DNA of 64,000 nucleotides from Paraphysomonas bandaiensis. Taxonomy: Eukaryota; Protista; Chrysophyceae. Positions 47,801 to 62,065 of this stretch are shown piece by piece (position 1 is the stretch's first letter; each line of letters opens with the position of its first letter). Under the pieces are notes generated by a model. It worked only from the letters and a program-made list of their open reading frames with translations, did no database searches and was not told where the DNA came from. The position numbers and the translations under genes were made by a program. The stretch covers positions 62,001-126,000 of the forward strand of contig CBFFRP010000338.1 of assembly GCA_965644295.1 (NCBI GenBank). The letters are read 5' to 3'.

Positions 47801-50800
47801 TAGATACCGAGTAATCGAAACTCGCTGCAACATCTGTGGATGACTCTTTTTCCATTTCTGGTCTGTAGAAGCTGTCTGGAGACATAGCAAGCATATAGTC
47901 CTCGTCGTAGTCATCACTTGGGGGAGAGAGAATACCTTCCATCTTTCCCACAAATGAATTCGATCTACTTTTCGAGTGAGCCCTACTACGTTCGGGAGTA
48001 AGAGCTCCAGCTGAAGATCCATTCTCGGAAGATTCAATTGGGCTCACCTCCAACATCACAATACCCTCGGGGACGGAAAGGCAGCACGTAAACGAAAATC
48101 CTCCCTCTATCTCCCCATCACGCACATCACAATCGTTCGGTACAACTTCAAACTTTTGTAGTCCCAAATTCTTTAATAAAGAATTGCACAGCATTTCTCG
48201 TAGCTCACGACTTAAAGACATGGTTTCCATCGGGTGCCCATCAAGCTGTATCGACTTGCTATACAAATCATCAGCGAATGAGGGCAATGTTAGACGGCGC
48301 GTGTACGAGTAGGACTTTAGGCATGACCAGTCGGATGACCCTATCGTAAACATAGACAGAGCGCTTTGACTGAAGATCGAAGGCTTTGCTAATAGAAGGG
48401 ATTCGTCACACCCTTGTCGGGTTTTGTCATCTTTCACGTAAATATAAGTCAGTGCCGAATAGAAGTCACAAGTCTGTCGATCCTGCTGTGCAAGACTCTC
48501 CACTAAATCATGAATTTTGGTATCACAATTCGAAGGAGTCAACGACTCCTCTATAACTTCAGAAGGATTCCTACTGAGGATGCCATCTTCGATATGAACA
48601 TACAACTCGGGAGTAACATTCATAGCATCAGAGGGTTTATATTGCGTTACACTGTCTCTCAATGTTCGACATGGCTCCCAAAAATAAGTGATCAGAAGAC
48701 CTTCATGAGAGCATTCAACTTTACACTGCAGCAAAGATTCTGTATCAATTCCGCAAGGACTATACGGGACAACCCCACATAAACACAGCTCTACAATCGA
48801 GTCCTTGACAAATGTTGCAATCTGAAATCCCAAAGCAAGTTTGTTGTGGCATATTTCGGACACTAATGACTCTACCAGTACTCTTTCTCTTAAGTCAACC
48901 TCAAAAAAACTCGGATACGACTCAAGATATATCGAATTAATCGCTTTGGGGCGACTCACAGAAAGAGAGGAGACCGCAATGTTAGAAAAGTTTCGTTTCG
49001 TTTGCATCGGGTTGAACTCAAGCGATTCAATAGCACTTTGAATGCTTTTCTCAATTTTGGCAATATTTACAACTTCTGCAACACCTTCACCATTACCCAT
49101 AACTGAGATCTTCAGGTCCACGAAAACCGCCACACTCTGGCGAACTTCTACGACAACCACTTCAAATATATCAATATGTCGTTTTTTCTCCTGCTGCAAG
49201 CGGTGCTTAAGGGCAGAGCTATTGGTAGGTGAAGCATGCACAACACAAAGCCACTTCAAGGCACCTAATTGTGATAATTTCGCTGTTGGTAGTACTTGAC
49301 GAATAGCTGAATATATTCTATTCCTACAACGCAAGTCGCCTGACATGCTCGTAGTTGCATAGCAGGCCCGAAGATACAGGTGCCTCTCTGCTACTACATG
49401 TAGATTGCATAGGTTCTCAACCAAGTCGGCTGAAGCTGCTAGCAGTTGAAGTACCACTGTGTGTCGGTAGGTGAGATCAGATCTCTTCTTTCCCCCGGGC
49501 TCTCCTGGGGTAGAACTGGATTGTATATGTCCAGGCATGCCATACAGCCCCAAAAGATGGGAAACCCTTTTATCACTTTCCAATATAATCCGTGAGTCAG
49601 CAACCAATTCTGCCGAAGAAGAAGGGCCACAGAGCGAATTTCCAGGCATAACCACCCGATGAGGGCAGAGACAGACCACTTCGACAGAGAGTGTTCCTTT
49701 CGTGTAGACATAATTGTCCACAAGACTCCCAAGCTGTCCCGTCACCCCTATTGTACCACATGTTACAGCAGTTGCAATTTATAACGTATAAGATACTACC
49801 TGTTGATGCCCATTCCTCAACATTTCCTCTGAAGTCAGTCGCGTAAGACACAAAGTATATCAAGGTGGAAACTTTGGTGAAGCGCTTTTCCATTCGAACG
49901 TTAACAAAAACACGTGAAGGCTTCTTTTGAGTCCCGTAAACGTTTCCCATCAACCCTTTCTCTTGCATAGCAGATTCAACAGAAATATTTATTATACGGA
50001 AACCCTCCACCACACGTGCAGCAAGAATATGTTCGAGTGTAGCTCCTTCTAATTGATACCCTTGTAAACGGGATTCAAACAGTCTCAACCCGACCTTACG
50101 CTCTGCGGACGCCTCACATTGCAGTGCTGTTTCCTCTCGAGCCGCATAAAATGGCCGAATAAATATTTGCCCTAGAGATTCCAAGTTGACTGTCCCAGTG
50201 GAACTCAACACCTCAAGAGACCCCCCCGTGGCCTCTGCAAGCACTTGCAAAGAGTCAATTTCGGGTACACATCCCAGTGGACGAGATTCAGGGGGTAGGG
50301 CTACTACCAGAACATGAAGCGCTATATTATACCGAGCCAGCATTTTCGACACAGATGATACAGCAACATCCATCACACCTATGAAGTACATTAGTCCCAT
50401 AACACTTAGATAAAGAGAAGGCAAGATCTATAAGACAAGGTACCCACCTGGAGTAATAAGCACTGCAATTGGGCAAGCATGGGGTGGAAGAAGACCCACA
50501 TGGAACAATAGACTCTCAGCAACAGATGTCATGCTCATTCCTCCACCATCTTGCCATTGCTCGGAAGGTTGTCGTCTGAAAGTAAGGTCTTCAATAACTT
50601 TACTGCTAGGTCCAAGAGCATCCAACAGTTCCGACAGATCCGACTCCAAGGTCATCTGTCCCTGCCACAGATTGAAGGACACATTAATTTCTGAATGATG
50701 AGCAATAACAGTCAAGTAAATGATGGAGATATGCTGTTGACTCTGCAAGCTGCGGTGAATTTGAGTAAGCATTAGAAGTAGAGAAGATATCATTTCGTCG

Positions 50801-51180
50801 GCAGCAATTCCACCATCTGACTGGACAGAATATATTGACCGGCTTATCTCCAGGCATATAGCAATTCTATAGGACGAGTACGTAAATAGAATAGTGGTGG
50901 TGGGGTGTACAATGAACTGCTTAAATTTCCTCTTTCTCTTTGGGTCGCGGATATTGGCAGACTGGTTATTCGAGTCGACAATGTTGGTAATGTACCACTC
51001 ACACTCAGGCATTGCAAGGAGAGGAGTGCTCTTACCACACGTAATCGGTCTCCACATGCGAGAGAAAAACCATCTACACTGTAGCAAAGGGCTCACATGC
51101 TCGAAATTTTCTGCATAAAACAACACACAAGATGCCATTTTTGGAGCACCATGCATGCCGATATTTCGAGGATCAGACAT
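41821..51180 (-). CDS. SZT2: SZT2-like protein (KICSTOR scaffold), about 3000 aa, 6 exons
   Basis: The N-terminal region matches recalled SZT2 motifs in order: WFF, FIVHPTTTILFTYSSYRIAICLEISRS, LLPPHACPIAVLITPG|V, LGCVPEIDSLQVLAEATGG, ILAARVVEGF. Five canonical introns join the large ORFs. Confidence 0.8.
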
Positions 51181-53559
51181 ACTCTCCTCTCACATTCAGT
51201 AGCTACCTAATAATCCCACACACTATGCCGCGATACCATTTATTACTATAACTAGAGAGTGAATATACGGGTATAGGCATATATATATTCTGAGCACCAC
51301 TATGATTCATATCACCTGAGCTCGTATTATCAAACCATGTGAGATTTTTTTGGACTATACAAAAAACTAGTAATTTCTATGGAATTTAGTGTAAAAACAT
51401 GAGTATAATTTCATGTTTTTTGTGAAGACTCAGTGCTGTATCTTCTTCCACATCTTAACCAAGACCATCTGTTGGATACATAGTTATGATGTTATGATGC
51501 TTCAGTGAGATGTCAAGTCTACGTTCTTAGTTCAGCAATTTACTACTCAACATATAGCTGTTGCAACACGTCATATTTTCACCTCTGAGAGTGTTAGTAA
51601 CATAAACGCCTCGTAGTTGCCTTGCTGGAGTCCCACGACTCCTGTACAAGCCAGTTTGATGCACTAAATCACGTTGTGTAATTGATGGTTATGGTACCCG
51701 CATTAGTCCCACTATTATTTTTCTACGACGTTCTCATTGTCATACTACGACACCACACTGATCATGAAGAAGTTTTCTTATACCCTTCGCTACACTCACT
51801 AAAGGTTTCCTTTCGTTGACTCTAACAAGACGCCCACTACAACAGATGCATGTAGCGATATAATCCTGAAGGATTATGAGTTTTAAGGTTATTTTGACGA
51901 GTGTGTGGATCTGGATAATATCTGCAAATTGGCGATGATAAGCTCCAAAGAATGTATCATTAGATAAACATTAGATAAAATGTTAAGTTGGGCCAACAAA
52001 AACTCTATGACACTGAAGTAGTACTGAAGTGGTAAGAGTTTAGCATGCTACTCACGTTTGTATGCTACATCTTCACCGATATAGCGCTAGATGTACGTTG
52101 ACATCTTGGACAAACTTTTTATCACAATGATTTTGTATCGTGTTCAACTAAAAACAAAAATATGTCGAAACGGCTTGAAATTACCAAATATTAGTTTTTC
52201 AAAATATTATTGATTTAATAATCACTCCAAGGAAAGAAGATGTTTAGATCGAAAGTTTGACTAAACGGATAACGTAATGCTTAATAAAGTGCAAAATATA
52301 AATGTAGCATGTGTTAATTTTCAGCGACACTTTCATGCAATAATTCATACGGATATGTATTAGCTCTAGAATATTATATGACAAGGTATATAAGATTCAG
52401 TTACATCTTATTTAACTAGACTTTCCTTTTTCCAATATGAACCCCGAACAACAGTACTGGCACAATTCTAGTATTCAATACTAAACAATAATGACTGCGT
52501 ATTTTTACTGATTGTAACGACTAAATGACTGATATTGGAATTCTTTTAGTAGGGTTGTGAACTATGCGTCAAAGTTTTCTGACTTCTAGCCTTTTTTAAT
52601 GTGAGACAAGAAGCTTAGGTATAGGGCTGACAATTTAGCTTTCTATGTTGCACTGACTAGTCTTTTACTCAGTAAACCTTTCGAAGCAGGTTTCGACACT
52701 GATTTTGATATATCCACAGGGCTTCTCAGAGAAACTCAATGAAGTAGTATCAACTTTACAAATATGAAAAACAAGTTATTTGGCTATGCTAAGATAATTC
52801 ACAGTGCGTATAATGAGAAGGTTAAGTCTGATGTGTATTTCTAACAGCGGTAGTGTGGAGTGTGTGTCATCTTCGATATGTCATCTATTAGCTACACCTC
52901 ATGATCGATACGTAATCAAATAGTCAATATCATTATATGCATACACTATTATGTATGGATACTTTTTACGACTAGAATTCGTTCCACCACACCACCTTCA
53001 TCTGGATGCTTATTGATCACTGGAATGATCCCCAGCGATATAGTGTGACATGAGTACTCCATATATATGCACACTTCTGTCTGTATATCACTGAGGCCAC
53101 TAAAGACATTTTTTGCAGCGAAATTGTTTTTTCGGGTGCAAATGGAGCTGGAATTATAGTGCACACAGAAGACAAAAGACAAAACAGCGATTTTTTTAGA
53201 ATTTCTCATTCTCTGCTCGCTTGTTCTCACTAAATATAGTGCGAAGCAAAGCATTAAGCATTGACACAAGTCACAAGTGACTGTGTAAAGTTGATAGCAT
53301 GATATTTCATGCGTGAGTGCATTGTCCCAAGAGTTGTCTGTGCAGGACATCCTTGATTAAACAGCCCATGAAGAAATCTCGAGCGTCCAGCGAGGATCGT
53401 ATCTTTGCAAGAAGAAATGTCTAAGAACGGATTGACATACCCCACAACTCGTGAAGGTATGACTTTTGGTATTGTATTATATACCACGTCACACTGCATC
53501 AGGCAAACAATTCAGAACGCGTTTTCGAATTCCGTATCAAATGTTTCAAGTATGATGCT

Positions 53560-53995
53560 TCGTATTGCCTTGATTAGCATCATCATCACATTTATATAAT
53601 TACGTTTAACCTCTGCGAGTGCACCTGAATGGTGTGTGTATGAGATGAGGCACAATCTTGATAAGCACGACGTGACGGACACCCTGAAAGAGTTGGGTGC
53701 TACTGCCCTTAACTGCGTATGCAGCAACATATATGGCACTCAAATTCGTGAAGTTTTTTCGAAGTCCAGGTTATAAAGATAGATCGCTTGCACTGACATC
53801 ATTATTATTCAGACGAAGGATGAAAGATGACTTGGAGTGTTTGATGAACTCCTTTTGATAGTTGACTCATCATTGTGGTTTCTCTATAATTGTGTAATAT
53901 AATGAAATTACATACATATGACTGTCAATTTCATAATTGATAATTAAGATAGAAGTGAGTTTCTGTTAGCCCAATATTGAAGTTGAATGTGTATA
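53560..53995 (-). repeat. Inverted partial copy of the 37317-39465 repeat family
   Basis: The reverse complement contains ACATTCAACTTCAATATT, AAACCACAAT, CATCAAACACTCCAAG and ATATAAATGTGATGATGATGCTAATCAAGGCAATA. Confidence 0.85.
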
Positions 53996-55068
53996 TTTAG
54001 TTTATTATAATATGTTGCCAATATGTTATATGCACAACACACACTACATTTCAGTTGTTTATGTAGGTATATCCCATTCAATATATCTGTGATTAAATGC
54101 AAGATTAAATGCATCTTACAGTTTGATCATGTGATAATTATTAGTCAATTGTAATAAATAAAGTTGTGAATTTAAAACTGCCACTTCATTATAACTAACG
54201 TGTACAATATAGAAACAACATATGTATAAAACAAATAAAACTTGCATGGATAACAGAAAATCAATCGGACCAAGATAATTACCATTGGTTGGCGTTGCTG
54301 TCAGAGTCATTGTCCTCGCCTTCGAGAGTTGTGCCAGCTCTCTTCTTCATCCTTTCAGCTTCTTTACGATTCCAGGAGAGCTCCACCGTCTTGACAAGCA
54401 ACTCTCTCATCTGCACGCCTGACGGTATATTTCGTCCTGCATCAACTATTGAATAACATTATAAGATATATATACCATGGAGTTGTCGGTGCTATCATTG
54501 TTGACAGGAGTGCGGCATGTCGTAAGAAGTTTCACAGACATATTTCTCCAAGCTCTGTTATCGTCGTGGTCTTGACACCATGGGTCTCCATGCCTGCCAA
54601 AGTAATGGCAAGCTTCTGCTAATGTTTGAGACTATAAATCATTGCGCCTCGTGCTGTTTATCAGTGTGTATGACTATTAATGAAGCTCCATTGTGTAAAA
54701 ATGTCTGTCCTTGAAGACAAAAGACATTTTGTCTCTCGACGGATTTCTGTCTTTTGTCCTCCTATAATTCCTGCTTTTCATGCTCAAAAAGTTATTTTGA
54801 ACACATTTTTGGAAAAAATGTCTGATATATTGCGGTATATATCTAGATATCTATTTTTTAACTACTATTTCCGGGATATTTGGCGAAAGATGACACAGTC
54901 TGGACTTCATACATCTGTATGGTATCTTGAAGGGTCAAAAGCGTTTTTGCAAATATTGGTGGTCATGGTTGTGGTTTCAACTTAATTGACTCAAAACACT
55001 ATCTCAGCACAATATTGCACCAGTTCCTCACACCAAATAATTGTTTCATCAATTAATTGCTGCCAAAG

Positions 55069-55592
55069 ATGGGTGACATTGATGACTATGATTTCTCCAC
55101 GGGCGATGCTGGTTCATCCACCGTATACAATATGGAGGCCGGTCAGATCCGCAAGGGCGGGTAATATTCTCCATTGTGTTCATTTCGTAAGTAAACTTAA
55201 TTTGCAGACACATTGTTATCAAGGGAAAGCCATGCAAGGTAATTGACGTGTCTACCTCTAAGACTGGAAAGCACGGACATGCTAAGTGCAACTTCACCGC
55301 CGTTGATATTTTCACCGGAAAGAAGTGTGAGGATATTGTTCCTTCCTCCCACAACACTCATGTCCCCAATGTATCTCGCAAAGACTACACCCTTGTAGAC
55401 ATCTCCGATGATGGATTTTGTTCCCTTATGGACGATAGTGGTGAAACCCGTGAAGACGTAAAGCTTCCTGATATCCCTGAAGGATTCGCCCGTCAAATTA
55501 GAGACGCTTTCGACGACGGCAAATCTTTGATTATCTCCGTTCTTGCCGCTATGGATCACGAGCAGATTATTGCAATGAAGGAGGAGAGCTAA
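55069..55592 (+). CDS. EIF5A: Eukaryotic translation initiation factor 5A; 2 exons
   Basis: MGDIDDYDFSTGDAGSS..QIRKGG, intron 55161-55207, HIVIKGKPCKVIDVSTSKTGKHGHAK (hypusine motif). Confidence 0.97.
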
Positions 55593-56106
55593 ATTTCTTA
55601 TTAATAGTGTGCTGAATTCTTCTCAGATGGTGTCACATGTACCCTCTGCGGCTTCTGGTGTGAGCAACTTATTAGATATAGGCGGCGTATGTTTCAGTAG
55701 CAACGTTTTTTCAATCGTAATTATTAATGCATCGTCATCCTGTTTAGAATTATCCGAAAATATCTGAAGTAATACAGGCAGTTGGAGTTCGTTCTGTGCA
55801 CCAAGCGTAGTATCCTCGTGATCATGTGAATAATAACATTGAAGGCAACGTAGGATTCTAAGTTGTAGTATTAAACCCAAATCTGTCATTTCTTTAGCTT
55901 CTCTTTACCCAAAACTGGTACATTGTTCTGCAACGTTGCTACACGCGAGCTTAAAATATAAGAAATATAATCATCGTCACTGTGTCTGTATGTTCATCAT
56001 CATAATATATAGTCACGGGCCATTTGGACCTCACTGACTAGATTCCACTTATCTCAAATAAATTAATAATTACAATGTATCATCTAAAACAAAGAACAGT
56101 AAGCTA

Positions 56107-57630
56107 TTAGTTATTGTATGGTAACTCCAAAATCGATTCACTAATCGAGACCGCCTCATTCGCCGTCTTCGATTTACTAGTAGTACTATTTTCTATTAAT
56201 TCTGCACTCGCGATTTCTTCGGCGGTTAGCGTCCACGGAATTCCTTTCTCGCCAAGTCGCCTCGCATGTTGTGCAGCAGATTTTACTGCTCGTCTATGAC
56301 GAGCCCCGGCCAGTTGGAAAGCAACAACAGAACGAACACCTAACGCGGACACTCTTAACTTTCTCGCGGCATTCCATATTCTCATTTGCTCAAGGTTTTT
56401 AGTTATATCTCTGTATATTTATGCATATAGTTAGGCTCAATGAAAGCAGTGCACGCACACAATGTACCTATCATTTTTGGCTTTATTCATCATCCAAGGG
56501 TGGTTGAGCACTTGCTCCGCGGTGTATCTATGCTTAGGGTCGACTGTCATCATTCGAGTGATCAAATCCTTCGCCGAGTCGCTTACACCGCTCCAGTATT
56601 TTTCAGGAAAAGAGTACGAGCCATTCTGAAGGAACACCAGATGTAAAGTCAGCTATATCAGTAGATAGAGGACCACATACGCACCTCTATCATACTATAC
56701 AATTCATCGATATCTTTCGTCTCAAAGGGTACAATGCCAGATAGCATGATATATAAATTGCACCCGAGACTCCATATGTCTACTTCTTTGCCATAGGGCA
56801 AACGCTTTACCATCTCAGGAGAGACGTAGAGCGCAGTACCTCTAAGGTCAGATGGGGGATCTGTGCCTTCTCGAAGAACGCGTGCAAATCCAAAGTCAAC
56901 AAGCTTTACCTGAGGGTGTTTAGATTTGTCACGAAGGATAAGATTCTCTGGTTTAATATCTCTGCAGACAGTCATGTAATACTAAACGACATATCCATAT
57001 CGGTACAGACCTATGAATCACATTATGCATATGCATATAGCTGACAGCTTGCATAATATTCAGCAATACTCTTCTAGCGTCTTCCTCACAGTAGTACTCC
57101 CGGGCACATAGAGAGTCAAACAACTCGCCTCCAGACAAATACTCCATTACCTTCGCACCACAACACCCGTTATTCGATTCATTCAATTCCACACTACCAA
57201 TCATTACCATGCAATAATCTTCTTTGTGTTTATATACATCATAGAGCTCAACTATACCAGGATGTTTAAGCTGAGACAATATATTGAATTCCCATGCCAG
57301 CTCATTCCTATACTTCGGCAACACGAAAGCATATTTTATCTGCTTTATCACAACTTTCTTTCCGTTGTCTTTCGATTTCCGTGATATCGCAACCCGAACA
57401 TCAGCAAACGAACCCCTATAGAGTAATTACGGGGAATAACAACTCACAATGATTACTCACTCTCCTATTTTATAGGTCATTGCATAGCCGTTTGTGGAGC
57501 TCTTGGAAGGGTGGCTTCTATGAAAAGGAACGCAAAGTTTACTTTCATCGATTCCGATGGCCGAGGGAGCAACGCCATTGTTTCGGCATATACTTATACC
57601 ATCACTCAAACATGATGCGGATGCTCCCAT
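56107..57630 (-). CDS. CAMK-group Ser/Thr protein kinase with predicted N-myristoylation; 6 exons
   Basis: MGASASC start, IGE|GSFADV, VVIK, HR|DIKPEN, DFGFA, YVSPE, DIWSLG, and a CaM-binding-like tail WNAARKLR. Confidence 0.92.
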
Positions 57631-58383
57631 GCTTTATCACTCTACAGCCTGTATTAATTCGGCATGAATTCTAATCACAATACTTGGAAAAAAACATGAG
57701 GGAATCCATATATATGCAAGCAAAGCGGTCTAAGTAATTCAATTCAAATATATAACATTGAATTCATTTTACTGCAACCTCATCTTGGAGATTCTGCAAG
57801 CCAGCAATGGCCTAACCTCGACTTGTTATTGTATAACATTCATAGTATATTCCCCTCTTACCATGAAACCATAATATCCCTTGTAATCCGTTTCGCCTAT
57901 ATTAACGTACAGTTCATGTTGTGGATTTATGACCTGAAAAAACTCTTTCCATCCAAAACCCCTTATTTTTATAGGATTTTCATTATTTATCTGGAGTATT
58001 TCACTAGAAATTCTCTTCCAACAAAAGGCAGAGTGTTCTGAATTTTACAATATACGTACTCTGTATGTGTTTTTTTCATGTCCATATACCAACATTTGGT
58101 ACTAGAAATTCCTACAGACAAAAGATTGTTTGAGGAGTGAAAGCCATCCAATACATAAGATATCATTGGCCACGATGATCTGCCTTCCCATTTCCATCCC
58201 AAGTAGCTAAGTCCCAAGAGTCCAGTTTCTGAAGGGTTGAGTCCTGACAGCTCTACTCTGGGCCTTTCTTACATGTTTTAACTATAGTTACTTACGAGCA
58301 GAGTGAGTATAGGATTTATCTATTGATATATCTATGAAGTTATTGTGCAGATATGTATTGTTGTGTTCGTGTTACTCCTCTTT

Positions 58384-58554
58384 TGAGTACAGAAACCTTG
58401 AGAGAATTAATACCTCTCTCCAATCAATGTATTAATATCATCGCTGCCATGCTGAGATGCTGGCAAAATGGTTATGTCAACAACATTTGCATCTGAGAGC
58501 AGTAAATGAGCTATACCTAGGTAAGTTAGAGAAGTATCAGGGTTTCTGTACTCA
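58384..58554. mobile_element. Probable MITE (171 bp)
   Basis: TGAGTACAGAAACCTTGA (58384-58401) vs reverse complement of TCAGGGTTTCTGTACTCA (58537-58554): 17/18 match, non-coding interior. Confidence 0.6.
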
Positions 58555-59090
58555 CCATGACGAGAAAATATCATGGCACATGTATAATGACACCTGTCTA
58601 GTCATGGCAAGCGAATTATGATTACGTATTGGCATGTGGCACGTATGGGGTGATCCATTCCGCAGGACTTATATCATGTTGGTCTCATTCGATGTTCTGT
58701 TGTCGAAACCGTAGTGCTTCAGCATATCTCATCATACTACTTCAGTATATTGTTCAGTAGTTGTACGAGCTTTGTTCCAACTCGATACTTAACACGGTTT
58801 AAAATGGTTTTGAGTGATCGTTTTGATTAGATTGTAAGCTAAGTGCGTGCATCAGTAATACTTTATTTCTTTATTTATATAATTTACCATATTCAGCATG
58901 ATTTCACTGGTGAAGTTTCGCAAATTCGTAATGGTTTATCAATTCGTAAGTTGTAAGTTGCTACAGTTAAGCTACAAGAAGTCGTACGCAAACAGGGCCT
59001 GTGTATCACTGCGCTACAGAAATAGCTCTATACTCTATATAAATTGAATATGAGATACAAACTACACCACAATAGAATAACATTAACACA

Positions 59091-61492
59091 CTATCCAGTT
59101 CCTAGTTCTTCATCTGTTTCCACGGGAAAGACTTTAGCATGCCCACCTGACGATTGAAGCGCTGGAGGGGTATTATTGATGTCCATAAATTCACTGGTTA
59201 TGCGCTGTAATATTTCTCCCTTAGATTTAGATGAGCTCTTAATAGCAGCAGAATTCGCAGACTCATTGTTCTTCGATATCAACGAGGAATCGTCCCATAA
59301 TAGCTCCGATAACTCATCGAGTGATATATAGCCACTATAATAGAGTAAGACAATAGATGCAGTTAACTTCATCCTCAAACCTGCAATCCGTATCCATATA
59401 ATGAAATAAGACATGGACCTCACTGTGAACCAAATGTATATCAAGGGTATAGAGAAGGGTAGAAAACTCGCTTAGCACAATTTTGTCATCGCCATCCATA
59501 TTTACCAGATCAAATATCTCTCCAATGGTTTTTTTCATAGATGTGTATGTCGCTCCCTCATTACTCATAATTTCTCTAATTTCTTTTCGCAAGAGAGGCA
59601 AAGTTTTATTTTTAATATTATCCTGCTCGCATATCCATTCTGCATTTTCATTTTGAAGTGACGTCACAGCGAGCAACATGTTGGAATGATACTGGATGTA
59701 TGACGTTATCAAGAATATCCCAACTATGGGCACGACACTAATTACCATATATGTCGCTGGGAAGTGTGTCTCCCGTGCAATCAGAATAAAATGAGTCACC
59801 CATAAGGATAAATAAAGCGCAAAGAGCATAAGTGCAATTTCAATAACCCGCTTGTAAAGAGATCTACTTCCATAGAGGAATATATCATTGTTCTCCTTTA
59901 GTAGGGTGTGATCTTCCAGAACGGTACCGGAGGATTCTACACTCCTTTGGCTATCTGTGTGATCTATAACTCCCGTAGGAATAGTCGATGTTGCATTGGA
60001 ACCAGTCTTTGATGGTGACTGAAGAGTCATTTTCTCTGAGCGAATACTTTTTTCGTACTGGCCACGCCTTTCGTGCTTCGAGCGGCGCATTTCTAAGAGT
60101 CTTTGTCGCTTCTCCTGTCCTTCTCTTTCCTTTCGCACTCGACAAGTAAGAACACGAGAAAAATGATAAAGCCTCTCCTCCCACATATGCGCTATGATCA
60201 TTTGTTTTTCAAGTTTCTTGTGGTGAACACTTTGAAGAATATTACGCAGCGTGCAAACATGGTAAACGTTGGAATCTAGTTCGGATATATCGATATCTAG
60301 AAGCGAGGGCGCGGATGAAATGCGCTGGGAAATATCTCCCATTTCCTCCACTGACTCATTATTTCCCTCCAAAAGAGTAAGCATCTTGCGTTCCTTAACT
60401 GCATTCCTAAACTTTTCGAGCTCAGAAAGAGCTTTCAGAATAAGTCCGTAGTCTACATGCTTGCCGCTGGATCCCTTCACTATACGAGTTATAGCTTGAT
60501 GTAATAACTTCTTCTCTGACACCCATGTAACGATTGCAATAGCCCCAACAAATAGTAGAAGCAGTCCACCGCAGAAGAGGAAGTATCCCATGTAGTAATC
60601 AGCACAATCAGTTTCTACATAAAATTCCGCCTCATCATCACCACCTGACAAGCGCCTATGGTCGTCATCGTGGTGGTCATCGTGATGACCAACGCTCTGT
60701 CCTCCCGCACACGCGTTTCCTTTGCTTCCAATCGACACTATGCGGATGTAATTCAATACCGCCAAAAATATCACAACGAACCACGAATACGGTGATATAT
60801 CAGTTAAAGATATCGCATACATCCGGTAACTGTAGTGGAATTAAAAAAAAACATCCTAAGGCATCAATATTCATTTACCTCCGTGTCAAGTAATCCACGA
60901 ATCGAAACTCGGCTTGAGAGAGACAAAAAGTTGCGTAGAAATATTCTTCAATAATGGTATACTCGACGTATCGTCGCAAAGGAGAAAATACACCAATATA
61001 GCGGTACAAGATGCCTTCTGATGACCATGATTCTACAGCTGCCATATGGCGATCATAAAGTTCGTGAGCAGGTAAATTGTGAGCCTTCCACAATCCGGCA
61101 GTAGCAACGCTGGAGTTGTAAACGACACTTATCGCACGCAGGCAGAGAAATATCGCGATGAAAAACGTGGTTATATGAGCAAATTCAAAGGCCAAATAGT
61201 TGTCATCATGCTTTAGTGGAAATACTGTGAATGCTATTAGCACTCCAAAGCCAGCAATGCCCATTATAGTGAGCTCCTTGTATAGTTTATTCACCAACTC
61301 CCCGTATCCGGCAGAATGAGCTGCATGCTCGACATGATGGAGAACTGCAGCACCCTTTATTAGAGTAAAAACACACACAGCAATTAACTTACCAGTTTCG
61401 AAGAGCACAAGAAATACAATGAGACACACGAACACGACCAGTGTTACTGTTGGATTCAAGTGAGCTATCAGTCCAAAGAGTGAAACACCCAT
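59091..61492 (-). CDS. MLO-like 7TM membrane protein with C-terminal EF-hand pair; 4 exons
   Basis: TM1 followed by LVNKLYKELTIMGIAGF (MLO 'K.ELM.LG' motif), then FRFVDYL and DISPYSW. About 7 hydrophobic segments; EF loops NMDGDDKIVLSE and DTDCS|GYISLDE. Confidence 0.75.
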
Positions 61493-62065
61493 CGCTCACT
61501 TCTACAGGAAGAAAAAGAGCTCAAGATCAAAATCAACCAGCTAATAAACTCTTTGTGTCACCAAATAGTGTTACGATTGGAATAACTGAGCAGTAATATG
61601 CATGCTATTGCATATGGGGGATGCATGCATGCATGTACCAGTATTTGACAAAGATATATGGGCACTTCCGTTGCAAGTGGACATAGATCTCGACTACAGC
61701 TGTATACAAGGAATACTGTCAGGTGGTATCTTGTTGTGTGCTGTACACTATACTTTCATATCATCTTTTCTGCTCTTCATTAATCAACTCAGCAATGTAT
61801 CAATGCATGAAAGCACGCTGAATGTCTATGCCTAGTACAAGCTTATCATCGTCATCAGGCTTCAAGATAGCCAATCCTGATGACTGTCGTGTGGGCACAA
61901 GTGAGTGTATCATACCGGGCGGTATTCCATCCCCTACAGTACTGTAGGGTGTTTTAACTGTTAGCATGTACACCAGTATGGTCTATATATACATATGCTC
62001 AGCAAGAAGACGATCATCGTGAGTAGCATGCGTCACTCAGGAGTCTCCTATTGATATCCTGCACC

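Noticed and set aside
52949-53500. Possible degenerate copia RT/RNase H remnant on the minus strand
   Set aside because: Only vague resemblance; no intact diagnostic motif.
54280-54900. Possible decayed DNA transposon fragment upstream of eIF5A
   Set aside because: Stop-riddled frames and no TIR pair identified.
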